From: Candidatus Poribacteria bacterium
GTDB lineage: Bacteria > Poribacteria > WGA-4E > WGA-3G
NCBI GenBank assembly: GCA_965242965.1
Contig: OZ251518.1
Location: 2,176,001 to 2,240,000 of the forward strand
Reading direction: 5' to 3'
Length of the DNA: 64,000 nucleotides
Below, piece after piece: positions 39,357-49,084 of this stretch (the stretch's first letter is position 1; every line of letters begins with the position of its first letter). The notes under the pieces are model-generated. The model ran no database searches and was not told the DNA's origin. It was given only the letters and a program-made list of their open reading frames with translations. A program made the translations under genes and the position numbers.

Positions 39357-39415
39357 TTGAATAATGCGTTGCGCCAAATTGCAACACTTTGGACGCTTTT
39401 ATTCGCGCCATTAAT

Positions 39416-39444
39416 ATTTTACCACAAAAATGTTGCAATTGCAA
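39416..39444 (-). promoter_or_regulatory. Putative rpsB promoter
   Basis: TTGCAA-17 bp-TAAAAT with TG extension. Confidence 0.6.
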
Positions 39445-39610
39445 GTAAACTTTTCATGATGGACGCAAATGCAAATTCTCCGCCGATAGACAGCGTTTCA
39501 ACTTGTTCAGCATCCATTCTATTTTTATATCATAAATTTCATTGCATTGTCAAGAAAAATCTTAAAAAATATGGTTATCAACCTCAAGGTTGGATTTCAC
39601 GTCTAATTAT

Positions 39611-39750
39611 TAAGAGTGTTTCATAAGTCCATTTCGGCATTTATCCCGCCTTGGAGAGCAGGCGAATATCAGAAGGCATCGGGCCCACCTCTGTAGTTCG
39701 GGAACGCCCGCTCCCGAACGGGTCAGGATCTGGCGATCCTCACCTACAGG
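39611..39750. repeat. Partial TIR-element end plus REP hairpins
   Basis: AAGAGTGTTTCATAAGTCC.TTTCGGCATTTATCCCGCCTTGGAG is near the reverse complement of ~20737-20780. Confidence 0.75.
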
Positions 39751-39796
39751 GGTGATGCAGTCTGCTATTAAGGCTTTAGGGAGGAAAAAACGCAAA

Positions 39797-40858
39797 TTGC
39801 AAGAATTTATTCAACGGGAGAGATGGCAGCGGCTGCTCAACCCCATCGCGGCGCACTTCCAGACATCCCCAAACGCGATTCAGATTGAGGCAATCCAGCA
39901 CGGGACTCGGCTGAGAGAGAACGTCTGCCGCCTCATCATCGGCAAGGAAAGTTACTTGCTAAAACAGCATGACGTGACCGCACCGGCTGTTGAAGCGGGA
40001 CATACGCCTATCCAGATTGAGGCTACCGTGTTATCCACGTTGCACCGAAGTGGCTGCCGCGTTCCCAAGGTGATTTGGAAATCCGAACCCTTGCATGCGT
40101 TGCTATTGGCATGGTGCGGCGAGAACACGTTGGATTCCATTGCGCAACGTCATCGGGATGCGCATGCCCCAGCGGTTGTCTGGCGTGTGCTAAAAGAATT
40201 GTGTCAGATGGAGACACGTTTTGTGGAAAACGCCGAATTTCTCAAACCTTACGTATTCGGTTTTGATAGCCGTGCGACTTTGGAACGCTTGTTGGAACAA
40301 GGGAAAAGGACGCTCGGTTATCTGCTAACTTCCGCTGACCACAATGTCCAAAACGCGTGGCACGCGCTTTCTGTCCGCTTATTGGATGCCCCAACGACCT
40401 TAGGCACGCTGGACTACAATGCCCGTAACGTTGTCCTCGCCGGCGCGGAACCGACGTTTATTGATTTCGGGAGCATCGGTTGGGATTGGCAGGAGAGGCG
40501 GCTCGTGCAACTCTTCAATAGTATCGGTGCCTTCACAGAAGGCGCGAATTTTGTCTCACTGCTAGACAAAGAGCTGGTTCACCATTACGCGACGTGGGTT
40601 GCGACGCACCGAGAAACCTGTTCGCCTTCGGACATCGCGGCGCGGGTAGATGCACATCATCTGTTGCTTTACTTGTCGGTGGTGCATCGGCTTTTGCGAG
40701 TGGTAGTGCGTCCTGAAACGGTGGACAGTCAGATGCTTCTGCATGCTTGGGGAGATGCGCGTGCCAGATTTCAACGCGCACTCACGTTGATTGCCACCGC
40801 CGATTTAAGCGATGATGGTGACATCGGCCGAATTCGGGACATGATTCGCCAGAGATGA
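39797..40858 (+). CDS. Aminoglycoside phosphotransferase/kinase-like protein
   Basis: YLLKQ, RVPKV, D(Y)NARN catalytic-loop-like, FIDFG; start uncertain (TTG 39797 after GGAGG, or 39752). Confidence 0.7.
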   Translation: MQEFIQRERWQRLLNPIAAHFQTSPNAIQIEAIQHGTRLRENVCRLIIGKESYLLKQHDVTAPAVEAGHTPIQIEATVLSTLHRSGCRVPKVIWKSEPLHALLLAWCGENTLDSIAQRHRDAHAPAVVWRVLKELCQMETRFVENAEFLKPYVFGFDSRATLERLLEQGKRTLGYLLTSADHNVQNAWHALSVRLLDAPTTLGTLDYNARNVVLAGAEPTFIDFGSIGWDWQERRLVQLFNSIGAFTEGANFVSLLDKELVHHYATWVATHRETCSPSDIAARVDAHHLLLYLSVVHRLLRVVVRPETVDSQMLLHAWGDARARFQRALTLIATADLSDDGDIGRIRDMIRQR

Positions 40859-41405
40859 GCAGGATATGAGCAGGATTTATACAAGATTAGCACGATTAGG
40901 AGCAGGATTTACGAGATTTACAGGATTTCACAGGATTAGGTCTCTGGTGCGCTGGCGCGGTTGTGGACTGCCACGGGGTGTTCGATGCATCAGCATCTAT
41001 AATCGTGGTAAATCGTGATAATCGTGTAAATCCTGCTTCAGACGATTGGCATAGCGAGGGACAGGCCCTCGCCCTACGGTGAACGGAAACGGCATTGCAA
41101 ACCGTAGCGCGGGGGCCTGTCCCCCGCGATCGTTCGACCCGCGCGAAAAACACCTCTTCAGAAGCTCTGCAGCGGTTTATCTCTGTAGGACAAGAGCACC
41201 TGCTCTGGATCCGTTCGGGAGCGGGTGCTCCCGAACTACAGATCCGGGACATGAGCACGATCGCGGGGGACAGGCCCCCGCGCTACGGGCCAGGACGAAA
41301 AAAACGCGGGGGACAGGCCCCCGCGCTACGGTACCTAAACCACCTCTGTAGGGCAAGAGCACCTGCTCTTGCCCATTGCGATCGGGCGATCGCAACCTAC
41401 AGAGG
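40856..41405. repeat. Inverted 9-mer arrays plus REP cluster
   Basis: caggatttacaggatttcacaggatt ... aatcgtgtaaatcctg, followed by GTAG hairpins. Confidence 0.85.
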
Positions 41406-41414
41406 CGATGAGGA

Positions 41415-44400
41415 TTACTCCCGCTGCTTCAATTCACCAAACGTCGTCAACATCCGATTTGCCGCAGAGACAGGACCGCGCAACATACGCAACGCCAAGG
41501 TCTCTCGCTTACCACCCAATGAGACCTCTTCGATCTGGTAGTAATACTCGACTCCCGGCTTCGCAGATGTATCGGTGAACGTGTAAGTTTGACGCTCGCC
41601 TGTCGTGCCGGCACCGGCGATTAAGACAGGATTCAGCAACGTGAAACCACTATCGCGTTTCAAGCTGCGACGCAGATTAAATCCAGCGTTGTCTACCTCA
41701 GATTCGGTTGTCCATGTGACGACAACCGGACCGGCATCGGTACGCGTCACGGTGAAACTTGATAATTCCACCGGCAAGGCACCGCCTTGACGATACCCTG
41801 GTGTCCCGATGTCATCGGCATGGCCATAGTGCAGCGATTCAACTTTAAATTGCTGGAAATACGCCGCAAAAGCCCACCCGGAACGTCTTGTCCCCTTCTC
41901 CGCCACGCCTTTCACATAGCGACGGACAAGCGAACTCCGCGCATCTTCCAAACCGCGCACCGGCACCGCCCACGACGGCGCATCATCGGTACGACGATTG
42001 CCATCGGTGTTACCGACCTCGTCTACCAAATTCCCATTTCTATCGGTGAGTTTCAGATAGAACGCATCGGTGCTCAAGAACGTATCCCGCGCGGTTTTAA
42101 TGCGCAGATTCTTCTCGTGCAAGTCAAGCAGGTTGTAAACCCTATCTGCAGGGAAAACACCCGCCGATGAAGCGCGCGCAGCCCCTGCCACTATCAACAG
42201 CGTCTGATTCGGCTGAATCACCTTCTCCTGCAATGTCAACGTGACAATCGGGCGGCCGACGAGGTCTTCGGAATTTTCATTCTGAATCTCCAACCTCCAG
42301 CGATTCAGATTCAGTGCCTCCGTTTTAGACGCGTTGTAGAGCTCTATCCACTGCGGCAGCGTGCCACCACCCGAATCCAACATGAGTTCGCTAATGGTGA
42401 CTGCACCCTTCGGCGTAGATGCCTCCGTTTTCACCGCGCCATTCGGATAGCCCGGCGTGCCAGATGTCGCCGGAGACTGCGTCACCTTCCTGTCATAGCC
42501 GATACCGGTGAAGGCGGCTTCCGCCCACGCATCTTTATGATACCCGACGATATCCGCTTTCGCGCGCTGCCAGACCTTGCCGGAACTGAGCGCATCCTCG
42601 GTATCTCCACTGGGTGCCTCCAGCACTTGCAAGGGCCAGACATGCGTATCATACAGCCCTTCCTGCTCGCGGACAAACGCATCGGTATCACTGCCGCCGC
42701 CCCCGGCGACATCCACGAACGCTTCGTCCAAACCGAGTTTGTCTTTCGCATTGCGGAGAATGAGGAGGAATTTCCCATCATCGGGCAGCGAGAGACCTGC
42801 GTCCACTAAAGAGGCATGCGATAACCCCTTATTTTCCCCGCCTGCGAGTAGTGTTTTGTCCGGTTCACTGTTCGTTATCAGCAACAGCCCGTTCGCCGGC
42901 ACACTCACATCGGGAAACATAATGAGCGATGTATCCTCTTTTTTGCCATCGGCGACAACAGAGAGCTCCCAGTCTTTGAGAGAGACATCCGAAACGTCGA
43001 CATTGCGGAGCTCTATCCAGTCGTTCGCATCCCCACTGCCATTGCCGAGCTCGTTGAAAACGATGGGCTCGCGAGGCACATCAGAGGCTGGCGACTTCGG
43101 ATCTGACGTTTCCGGCAGGTAAATCACCGACAACACCGGTGTATCCGAGAGATCGAACGTCGGAGGTTCCTGCCGCGTTGTTGGAAACGTCAGCGTGTCT
43201 TCTCGCGTTGTCTTTGGCGGCAGCCTGTCCACCGGTGCTCCCGGCTCTATAGCCGGCGTGGCCTGACCTAACAATTCGTTGCCATCGCCATCGACTACCC
43301 GTGTCCCCTGCGGAATCAATATGCCGCTGGTATCCAGTGACACCGATGTCGCAAAATCACCCGCTTGGATAGGATACGCAAACGGCACGATCGTTGAACC
43401 CCCGCGCTCCGAACCTCTTTGCCACGTCGCGTGCCGCGCATTCGCCAAAACGCGCTCGCCTAAATAGATGACGACATACGGCGGATTGTCTCCTTCGTAA
43501 GTGACACCCTTCTCGTCAAACGACACCTCCACAATCAACTCATCTTCTGCGGTGTAAGCCTCTGCCTCCGACTCGACAATCTTTGGCGTTTCAGTGACAC
43601 GCGGCGGCACCGTGTCAACTGTCACAACTAATGCCTCCGTGGCGGCGGCGTTCGAGAGATATTCTGGGACTGCTACCGTATCATCAACTGCCGCTGCCTC
43701 CTTGACTGCCCCTGCTTCAAGCGTGATGTGCACCTTGCCATCAAAATTGAAGGCAGGCGTGATAACAGCACTGACGGTAGCACTCGGCGATGTCGGTTGA
43801 GAGACAGCCACATCCCAATTCAACGCCGTTCCATCCGCCTGCGTGATGCTGATTTTCCCCGTGTCAAACGGCGATACGACATCGCGGCCAAAAGTAAATT
43901 CAACCGCAAAATCCTCAATCACCAAGCCTGTTTCGCCTCCCCGACGCGCTACCTGCACCGTCGGTGGTGTCACCACGGGAACGGTGAACGTATTCGATGC
44001 CAAGTTGCCGTTCCTCGCCAGATCTTGCGCGACACCCTCTGGCAGCTGAACGGTGACCTCGCCCCTAAAATTGAGCGGCGGCGTGAACGTGGCACGGTGG
44101 ACCTCACTCTGGAACGTATGGTGAAGAGCATCATCGTCAATCCCTTTGTAATTAAAGCCGAGCAACTTCGTTTCAACGCTCCATCCATCGCCGAGAGCCT
44201 TGGCAATTGCATCGGTATCAATGCTTTCTTCTGGTATGTGCTCCGGCACCCCTCGGGCACTGGTATTATTCCAAAAGTGCATATCCACATCAAAGGGACC
44301 CGTTACCGTGCCGGTTTCACCGGCAGCACGTCCAATCTCCACATTCGCCCGGATGGTATCTATCATGTGGCTAAACCCGCCGCTCCAATTCTCAGGAGGT

Positions 44401-45905
44401 TGGCGATTACGGAACTTGGTCGTAACGGCATGCCCGTCAAAGGCATTGCCACCAGCGTCGGTGATTTCATACACTATATTCCACTGCTGGATCATCGAAG
44501 GGACAAACTGCCGAGTATCCAACATGCCATCCGATTGGAGACGGTTCAAACTTGCAAAGGGATGGAAAATCTCGATGCCACCGGTGCCGTAAGCCCAATC
44601 TCCCTCCTTCACCACGTACTCAAACGTTAACTTGTTGTCCGCATCACTCCTCACTGCCATCCGCGTGCCACTGCTCCCGGGCACCACACCGAAAGAGACC
44701 GGTTGCGGTGTGCCGACGAGCGTTGCATATTCGGCAGCATCATTCCCGGAGTGAAGTTTAATCTTCAATTTCGTTTCCGGATTGGCATAGACAGTTTTTG
44801 AAAACTTTATCTGAAACCGAATCGTCTCGCCCACGCCGTAAATACCTAGTGGACGCAGCTGTAATCCCGCCGGGGAAGCGAGGCCGCCCTCAGTAGTGAT
44901 ACATCCCGCAGTTACTAGCAGTTGCTCCAGCTGCTGCTGACCCTGAGACGTTCTTAAATCAGGCCGGCCCGCATTGTGCCATTCGTAGAAACAGGTCTCA
45001 TAAAACGCGGCAAAGCGGCTATCCTCATCTGTCCCCTGTGGCGTGCTCGTAATCGTATACGGGCTGTTTCTGTCCTGGACCCAACGCGATCCTTCCGGCA
45101 AGTTGAAGGCATCGTTCAGGGCTCCGTTGATTCTATAAGGCTCGTCCCAACCGCTAAACGGGGGATCGAAAGTTGGCCGGGACAGCGTCGGCCGGCGACC
45201 ATCTATCCTGGGGTAGTCAAGTGTGCCTGTAAACGTCAGCGTGTCTGAATTGACTGCAGTACCGCCCGCGCGATTAAGCTGCCCTCCCGTCAACGGCGTA
45301 GTATTGAACCAGCCGCCATCAAGGTCCAAGTCACCGGTTCTCACCTTATAGTTGTAGATGACGGTATACTCGGTGAACTCGGTGCGGCCTTGTAAATGAT
45401 CACCGTTAAAGTAGTGGTTGTGGTATTGCGTACCGGAAACAGGACCTCCAGCATCCCAAGATATATCCAGGTGCGTCCGAAACCAAAAGGTATTCACAGG
45501 TCCGACACGAATTGCAATCGCGAGGATATCCCCCGCTATAAGGGGAGGAGTCGCCGACGTTATAGGAATACCGCCGACAGGGGTGCCGGTGCTATCAAGA
45601 GGAACGTAGCCGTTAATGACACCTTGGCTCGCCTTCCAGTAGTTAGTGCCCGGCCCTCCGTAACCGCCATAGTTACTGGGCTTAAAATCTGCTGGCGGCC
45701 AAACACCGGAAACCGTTTGGCGTTGTCCAGTATTGTCCGTCGCCTTCGCCTTAAGCGCGCTCTCCGGAATTAGGTAAAACTCAATCCCTTTGATTTCGGG
45801 TGCCTGTGCCTCGGCTACCTCCGGGACAGCGAGCCCGAAGCCAACCCCCGCGAGCATCAAGAAGATGAAAAATCTCGCTTGCAAAAAAAGCCATTTCTTC
45901 TGCAT
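41415..45905 (-). CDS. Large secreted protein (1496 aa) with Ig-like domains, two lamin-tail-like domains and a conserved C-terminal module
   Basis: Signal peptide ending AEAQA; IVFNELGN..DWIELRN and ISELM..QWIELYN; GTPG; LPVELSSF..W.TESEVDNAGFN; ends MLTTFGELK; AAGGAGG RBS. Confidence 0.85.
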   Translation of the reverse strand: MQKKWLFLQARFFIFLMLAGVGFGLAVPEVAEAQAPEIKGIEFYLIPESALKAKATDNTGQRQTVSGVWPPADFKPSNYGGYGGPGTNYWKASQGVINGYVPLDSTGTPVGGIPITSATPPLIAGDILAIAIRVGPVNTFWFRTHLDISWDAGGPVSGTQYHNHYFNGDHLQGRTEFTEYTVIYNYKVRTGDLDLDGGWFNTTPLTGGQLNRAGGTAVNSDTLTFTGTLDYPRIDGRRPTLSRPTFDPPFSGWDEPYRINGALNDAFNLPEGSRWVQDRNSPYTITSTPQGTDEDSRFAAFYETCFYEWHNAGRPDLRTSQGQQQLEQLLVTAGCITTEGGLASPAGLQLRPLGIYGVGETIRFQIKFSKTVYANPETKLKIKLHSGNDAAEYATLVGTPQPVSFGVVPGSSGTRMAVRSDADNKLTFEYVVKEGDWAYGTGGIEIFHPFASLNRLQSDGMLDTRQFVPSMIQQWNIVYEITDAGGNAFDGHAVTTKFRNRQPPENWSGGFSHMIDTIRANVEIGRAAGETGTVTGPFDVDMHFWNNTSARGVPEHIPEESIDTDAIAKALGDGWSVETKLLGFNYKGIDDDALHHTFQSEVHRATFTPPLNFRGEVTVQLPEGVAQDLARNGNLASNTFTVPVVTPPTVQVARRGGETGLVIEDFAVEFTFGRDVVSPFDTGKISITQADGTALNWDVAVSQPTSPSATVSAVITPAFNFDGKVHITLEAGAVKEAAAVDDTVAVPEYLSNAAATEALVVTVDTVPPRVTETPKIVESEAEAYTAEDELIVEVSFDEKGVTYEGDNPPYVVIYLGERVLANARHATWQRGSERGGSTIVPFAYPIQAGDFATSVSLDTSGILIPQGTRVVDGDGNELLGQATPAIEPGAPVDRLPPKTTREDTLTFPTTRQEPPTFDLSDTPVLSVIYLPETSDPKSPASDVPREPIVFNELGNGSGDANDWIELRNVDVSDVSLKDWELSVVADGKKEDTSLIMFPDVSVPANGLLLITNSEPDKTLLAGGENKGLSHASLVDAGLSLPDDGKFLLILRNAKDKLGLDEAFVDVAGGGGSDTDAFVREQEGLYDTHVWPLQVLEAPSGDTEDALSSGKVWQRAKADIVGYHKDAWAEAAFTGIGYDRKVTQSPATSGTPGYPNGAVKTEASTPKGAVTISELMLDSGGGTLPQWIELYNASKTEALNLNRWRLEIQNENSEDLVGRPIVTLTLQEKVIQPNQTLLIVAGAARASSAGVFPADRVYNLLDLHEKNLRIKTARDTFLSTDAFYLKLTDRNGNLVDEVGNTDGNRRTDDAPSWAVPVRGLEDARSSLVRRYVKGVAEKGTRRSGWAFAAYFQQFKVESLHYGHADDIGTPGYRQGGALPVELSSFTVTRTDAGPVVVTWTTESEVDNAGFNLRRSLKRDSGFTLLNPVLIAGAGTTGERQTYTFTDTSAKPGVEYYYQIEEVSLGGKRETLALRMLRGPVSAANRMLTTFGELKQRE

Positions 45906-46582
45906 TGAAAATTCCTCCTTAAAAATAGAATTAAATTGATAGGGGTAGTTGCCACTTTTGCGGCGGCTCTCCCCATTGTTCTTAAGGTATCAGGGCATCT
46001 TTCTGAGTGGTGCTTGGAAAGATGCGTGTGTTCTGAAAGGCTAGCGATGAACGTGTGTGGGCGCGGTGGAACGCGAAAAGCCCCTCGGGGCTGTCCCCAA
46101 GAGGTAAGACCTCCTGGGCGCGAGGGGAGCCGAGGGGCAAAGCGAGAGTCGCGCGTGAGCCGCGCGCGTGCAAAACACGGGTAGGCGCGCTTTAGCGGCG
46201 CGCAAGTTTTCATCGTATGGCCATTCAGAGATAGGATATTTTGCCCCGGGGATGGGGCGGAAGTGTCCCCCCGGTTCGCCTTCCCGTCGAGAGCCGTAGT
46301 GGTTAACGGCTGTATATGAAGGGGGGGGGTCTTTCGGTCTGTGCGGTGTCAACGGAGCGCGTGAACGTGCGTGCGGCATGCGGCCGCGCGTTCAGGGCTG
46401 TCTGCAGTTGGATTTCGCCATGTATAGCAAAGCGTTTCGTCACTTGCATAGGATTCTCCATTGCGTTTCGTTGAAAACTCGCACCAAATCAACAATCAGG
46501 ACGCAAATGCCATCATTTTCCATCGGCAGGCGCAACTTCAAATCGCGCCTGCAGGCGTATCAATTCTGCGTCCATTGTATAT

Positions 46583-46611
46583 AGTATACCACATTTTCAA
46601 ACGTTTGTCAA
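46583..46611 (-). promoter_or_regulatory. Near-consensus sigma70 promoter
   Basis: TTGACA-17 bp-TATACT with TG extension, about 670 nt upstream of the 1496-aa gene. Confidence 0.75.
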
Positions 46612-46655
46612 ATTTTTTTGTAAAAAAAGTGATATTTTTTGGATATTCGCGAAAA

Positions 46656-47612
46656 AATCCTATAAATCCTATAATTTTGTCTATGGCGTATCGGGACAAG
46701 GATGTCCCTCCTACCCAAACGCATATCGGGACAAGGATGTCCCTCCTACCCAAACCCGTAGGAGAGACCTCCCGGTCTCGATGCAACTTTCGGTAGGAGA
46801 CCGTAGTTCGGGAGCGCCTGATCCCGAACGGCGCATGGCGAGGAGAACCCCTTCCGGGCCCGTAGCGCGGGGGTCTGTCCCCCGCGATCGCCCGCGTGCC
46901 CCAGAGACTGTAGTTCGGGAGCACCTGCTCCCGAACGGGTCAAGAGCAGGCACTCTTGACCTACAGAGGTGATGCGCGCACGCGTGCCCGAGGGCACGGC
47001 GAGGGACAGGCCCTCGCCCTACGGTAAACGGCACGTTTTTTCACCGTAGCGCGGGGGCCTGTCCCCCGCGATCGCTCGATCTGCGCGAAAAACGCACGCA
47101 GACTAAGGGCGTTTTCCCGACCGAGGCATGGCGAGGGACAGGCCCTCGCCCTACGGTATGCGTGGCGTTTTTTTCACCGTAGGGCGGGGGCCTGTCCCCC
47201 GCGATCGTTCGCGTGCCCCAGAGACCGTAGTTCGGGAGCACCTGCTCCCGAACGGGTCAAGAGCAGGCGCTCTTGCCCTACAGAGGGGATGCGCGCACGC
47301 GGGCCCGACGGCACGGCGAGGGACAGGCCCTCGCCCTACGGTGAAAGGAGACGGCCTTGCATACCGTAGCGCGGGGGCCCTCGCCTGCCACACGCGCAGG
47401 CGAGCGGGTTTCCCCCGCGATTGCCAGACCCGCGCGAAAAACGCACGCCAGCCAAAGCCGTTTTCCCGACCGTTGCATGGCGAGGGACAGGCCCTCGCCC
47501 TACGGTAAGCGGCACGTTTTTTCACCGTAGCGCGGGGGCCTGCCCCCCCGCGGTGGATACCGCATCCTCAGATGCTATAATCTTGTAAATCCTATAATCT
47601 TGCAAATCCTGA
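46656..47612. repeat. Large (~950 bp) REP mosaic bounded by 9-mer repeats
   Basis: At least five hairpin families; internal duplication (~46860-47065 vs ~47180-47370); similar to the 205-640 cluster. Confidence 0.9.
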
Positions 47613-47675
47613 TTCAGACAATTGGGCGCACGGAGGACAGGCGGAGATACAAATCCATCTTTCCCGACAATACGC

Positions 47676-47704
47676 TTGACTTAAAATACGTTTTTTTATA
47701 CAAT
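47676..47704 (+). promoter_or_regulatory. Putative sigma70 promoter
   Basis: TTGACT-17 bp-TACAAT. Confidence 0.6.
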
Positions 47705-47813
47705 AGACTCAAATTCGCCGAACACCGTAGAGCGAGGATCTCAAAGTCACTAGTTTCAGAGGGTTTCCCTCGCAAAGTTTCCGCCATTTGATAGCAAAAA
47801 GGAGGAACTAAAC

Positions 47814-48599
47814 ATGCGACCTCTTAATATAATTTGGCTGAATATAATTTGGCTCTGCCTACTTTTCGCGAGTATGCCTGCATCAGCGGCAGTTGATGAA
47901 AACACCGTCGCTGTCTGGCTATTTGAGGAAGGAGGCGGCAAAGTCGTGAAAGATGCTTCCGGCAACGGACACGATGCCAAATTCGCCGGCAGCCCGAAAT
48001 GGGTAAAGGCGAAATTCGGCACAGGGTTAGAATTCCCCGGTGATGCCGGCGGCTACCTCATCGTGGAGTCTACCAAAAAACTGGAATTGGAGACGCTCAC
48101 GGTGGAAGCCTGGGTGAAAGTCAAGAAGGCTACCGGCAAATGGCAAGGCATCATCTGCAAACAGCAAGCCGGTTGCACGAACCGAAATTACGGCATCTGG
48201 GTGAACGTCAACACCAACGTCTTGCACGCGCAAATCGGCGCGAACGGCGCGTGCGCGTTTAGCATCGATGGCACGACTACCATCACCGATGACGATTGGC
48301 ACCACCTCGCCTTCACCTACGATGGAGATATGGGGCGCGTTTACGTCGACGGTAACCTAGAAACCGAGGCACCTAACGCCGCCACTTTTCAGAGCGGCGA
48401 TCCGATTACCATCGGCGTACCGAATGTTGACAACGCCAACGGACTGATGGGTATCATCGAAGAAGCGCGCATTTCCAACGTCGCGCGCACCGAAGAAGAA
48501 ATTCAGGAAGCGATGGATGTCGGCTTAGCGCAGATACTCAGCGTTGAACCGGGCGGCAAACTCGCCACACGCTGGGCATATCTGAAAATGACACGCTGA
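47814..48599 (+). CDS. Secreted LamG/concanavalin A-like domain protein
   Basis: Signal peptide; WLFEEGGG...DASGNG, TVEAWVK, WHHLAFTYDG..VYVDG; ends VEPGGKLATRWAYLK. Confidence 0.9.
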   Translation: MRPLNIIWLNIIWLCLLFASMPASAAVDENTVAVWLFEEGGGKVVKDASGNGHDAKFAGSPKWVKAKFGTGLEFPGDAGGYLIVESTKKLELETLTVEAWVKVKKATGKWQGIICKQQAGCTNRNYGIWVNVNTNVLHAQIGANGACAFSIDGTTTITDDDWHHLAFTYDGDMGRVYVDGNLETEAPNAATFQSGDPITIGVPNVDNANGLMGIIEEARISNVARTEEEIQEAMDVGLAQILSVEPGGKLATRWAYLKMTR

Positions 48600-49055
48600 C
48601 TCCCGCCTCGCGAGGGCCTGTCCCTCGCGAACGTGACATGCTCAATACCGTAGCGCGAGGGCCTGTCCCTCGCGATCGCTAGTTTTTTGTAGTTCGGGAG
48701 CGCCTGCTCCCGAACGGGTCAGGATCAGGCGATCCTGACCTACAGAGGTGAGGAGGTCTGACGGCCAAACGCATGGCGAGGGACAGGTTTTCCCACCGCC
48801 CTACGTGAAGGGATGGCGTTTTTTTCACCGTAGCGCGAGGGCCTGTCCCTCGCGATCGTTAGTTCTTTGTAGTTCGGGAGCGCCTGCTCCCGAACGGGTC
48901 AGGATCGTTTGGCAAATATGCCAGAACTTCAGACGATCCTGCCCTACAGGGGTGAGGCGGTCTGCCAGCAAAACGCATGGCGAGGGACAGGCCCCCGCCC
49001 TACGTGAAGGGGTGACGTTTTTTACCGTAGCGCGAGGGCCTGTCCCTCGCGATCG
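48600..49055. repeat. REP cluster (tandem duplicated ~180-bp unit)
   Basis: GTAGCGCGAGGGCCTGTCCCTCGCGA variant and associated hairpins repeated. Confidence 0.9.
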
Positions 49056-49084
49056 TGAACTGATAAACAATAAGGAGAAATCCA

